A DNA stretch of 64,000 bases, from contig CAVUZH010000016.1 of assembly GCA_963745835.1 (NCBI GenBank), forward strand, positions 288,001-352,000, given 5' to 3'. Origin of the DNA: an uncultured delta proteobacterium. GTDB lineage: Bacteria > Desulfobacterota > Binatia > UBA9968. The notes below the pieces were generated by a model that was not told the origin of the DNA, did no database searches, and saw nothing but the letters and a program-made list of their open reading frames with translations. The position numbers and the translations under genes are program-made. Numbering within the stretch: position 1 is the stretch's first letter; each line of letters opens with the position of its first letter. Shown here one piece after another: positions 63,509-64,000 of the stretch.

Positions 63509-64000
63509 TTACTGGATCACCTTGTCCGCTCTCGCCAGCATCTTCTGTGGAATTGTGAGGCCGATCTGCTTGGCGGTTTTGAGATTGATCACCAGCTCGA
63601 ACTTTGTCGGTTGCTCGACCGGCAAGTCGCCCGGTTTGGCGCCTTTGAGAATTTTGTCGACGTAGACAGCGGCGCGGCGGTACAACTCGGCAATGCTCGC
63701 GCCGTAGCTCATGAGCCCGCCGTCCTCAACATATTCCGGATTCATGTACATCGCCGGGAGGCGGCTCTTTGCCGCCAGCGCGGCAATTTGTGATCGGTGA
63801 GAGTTGATCAGCGGAGTCTCGAGCACGACGATCGCGTCGACGTTCCTCTTGCCGGTACTTCGGAATGCGGTCTCGATATCCTTAGGACTTTGCACCTTTA
63901 GGAAATGAGACTTCACTTTTAACGCTGCCGCCGCGAGCTCTACCTCTTTCAATATTTGTGCTTGTCCCGGGAGAGCCGCATCGCCAAGCACGCCGACGCG
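63509..64000 (-). CDS. ABC transporter substrate-binding protein (ABC_sub_bind type), 5' truncated by window edge
   Basis: GGLMSYG, YVDKILKGAKPGDLPVEQPTKFELVINLKTAK, RADKVIQ. Confidence 0.9.
   Translation of the reverse strand, partial: RVGVLGDAALPGQAQILKEVELAAAALKVKSHFLKVQSPKDIETAFRSTGKRNVDAIVVLETPLINSHRSQIAALAAKSRLPAMYMNPEYVEDGGLMSYGASIAELYRRAAVYVDKILKGAKPGDLPVEQPTKFELVINLKTAKQIGLTIPQKMLARADKVIQ

Overview
64 kb of a moderately GC-rich bacterial chromosome. The many NMT1/THI5-type and ABC_sub_bind solute-binding proteins, the LLM oxidoreductase and the GMC/xanthine-dehydrogenase paralogs suggest an uncultured deltaproteobacterium-like lineage such as Binatia (inference only). 1-10 kb is a minus-strand catabolic cluster: SBP, isoaspartyl peptidase, cyclase, DMT transporter, a ComD/ComE-like TPP decarboxylase with a frameshifted beta gene, GMC oxidoreductase, CoxG and a molybdopterin large subunit. 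10.5-19.4 kb is an OsaA/NIK1-type poly-HAMP hybrid kinase signalling locus, followed by tRNA-Asn. 20-51 kb is mostly housekeeping (htpX, ABC exporters, typA, AsmA-like, tatA, htrA, mgtE, purN, purM) and contains two inverted MITE-like copies. 51-64 kb is an accessory, partly decayed region. Its most striking feature is four co-oriented attC-like sites (58078-58163, 60359-60417, 61282-61337, 62362-62421), each just downstream of a minus-strand gene. No integron integrase lies in the window, so this looks like a CALIN-type cassette array whose cargo is ABC solute-binding proteins and SAM methyltransferases rather than resistance genes. All calls were made by eye from the sequence and the ORF track; no database searches were run.
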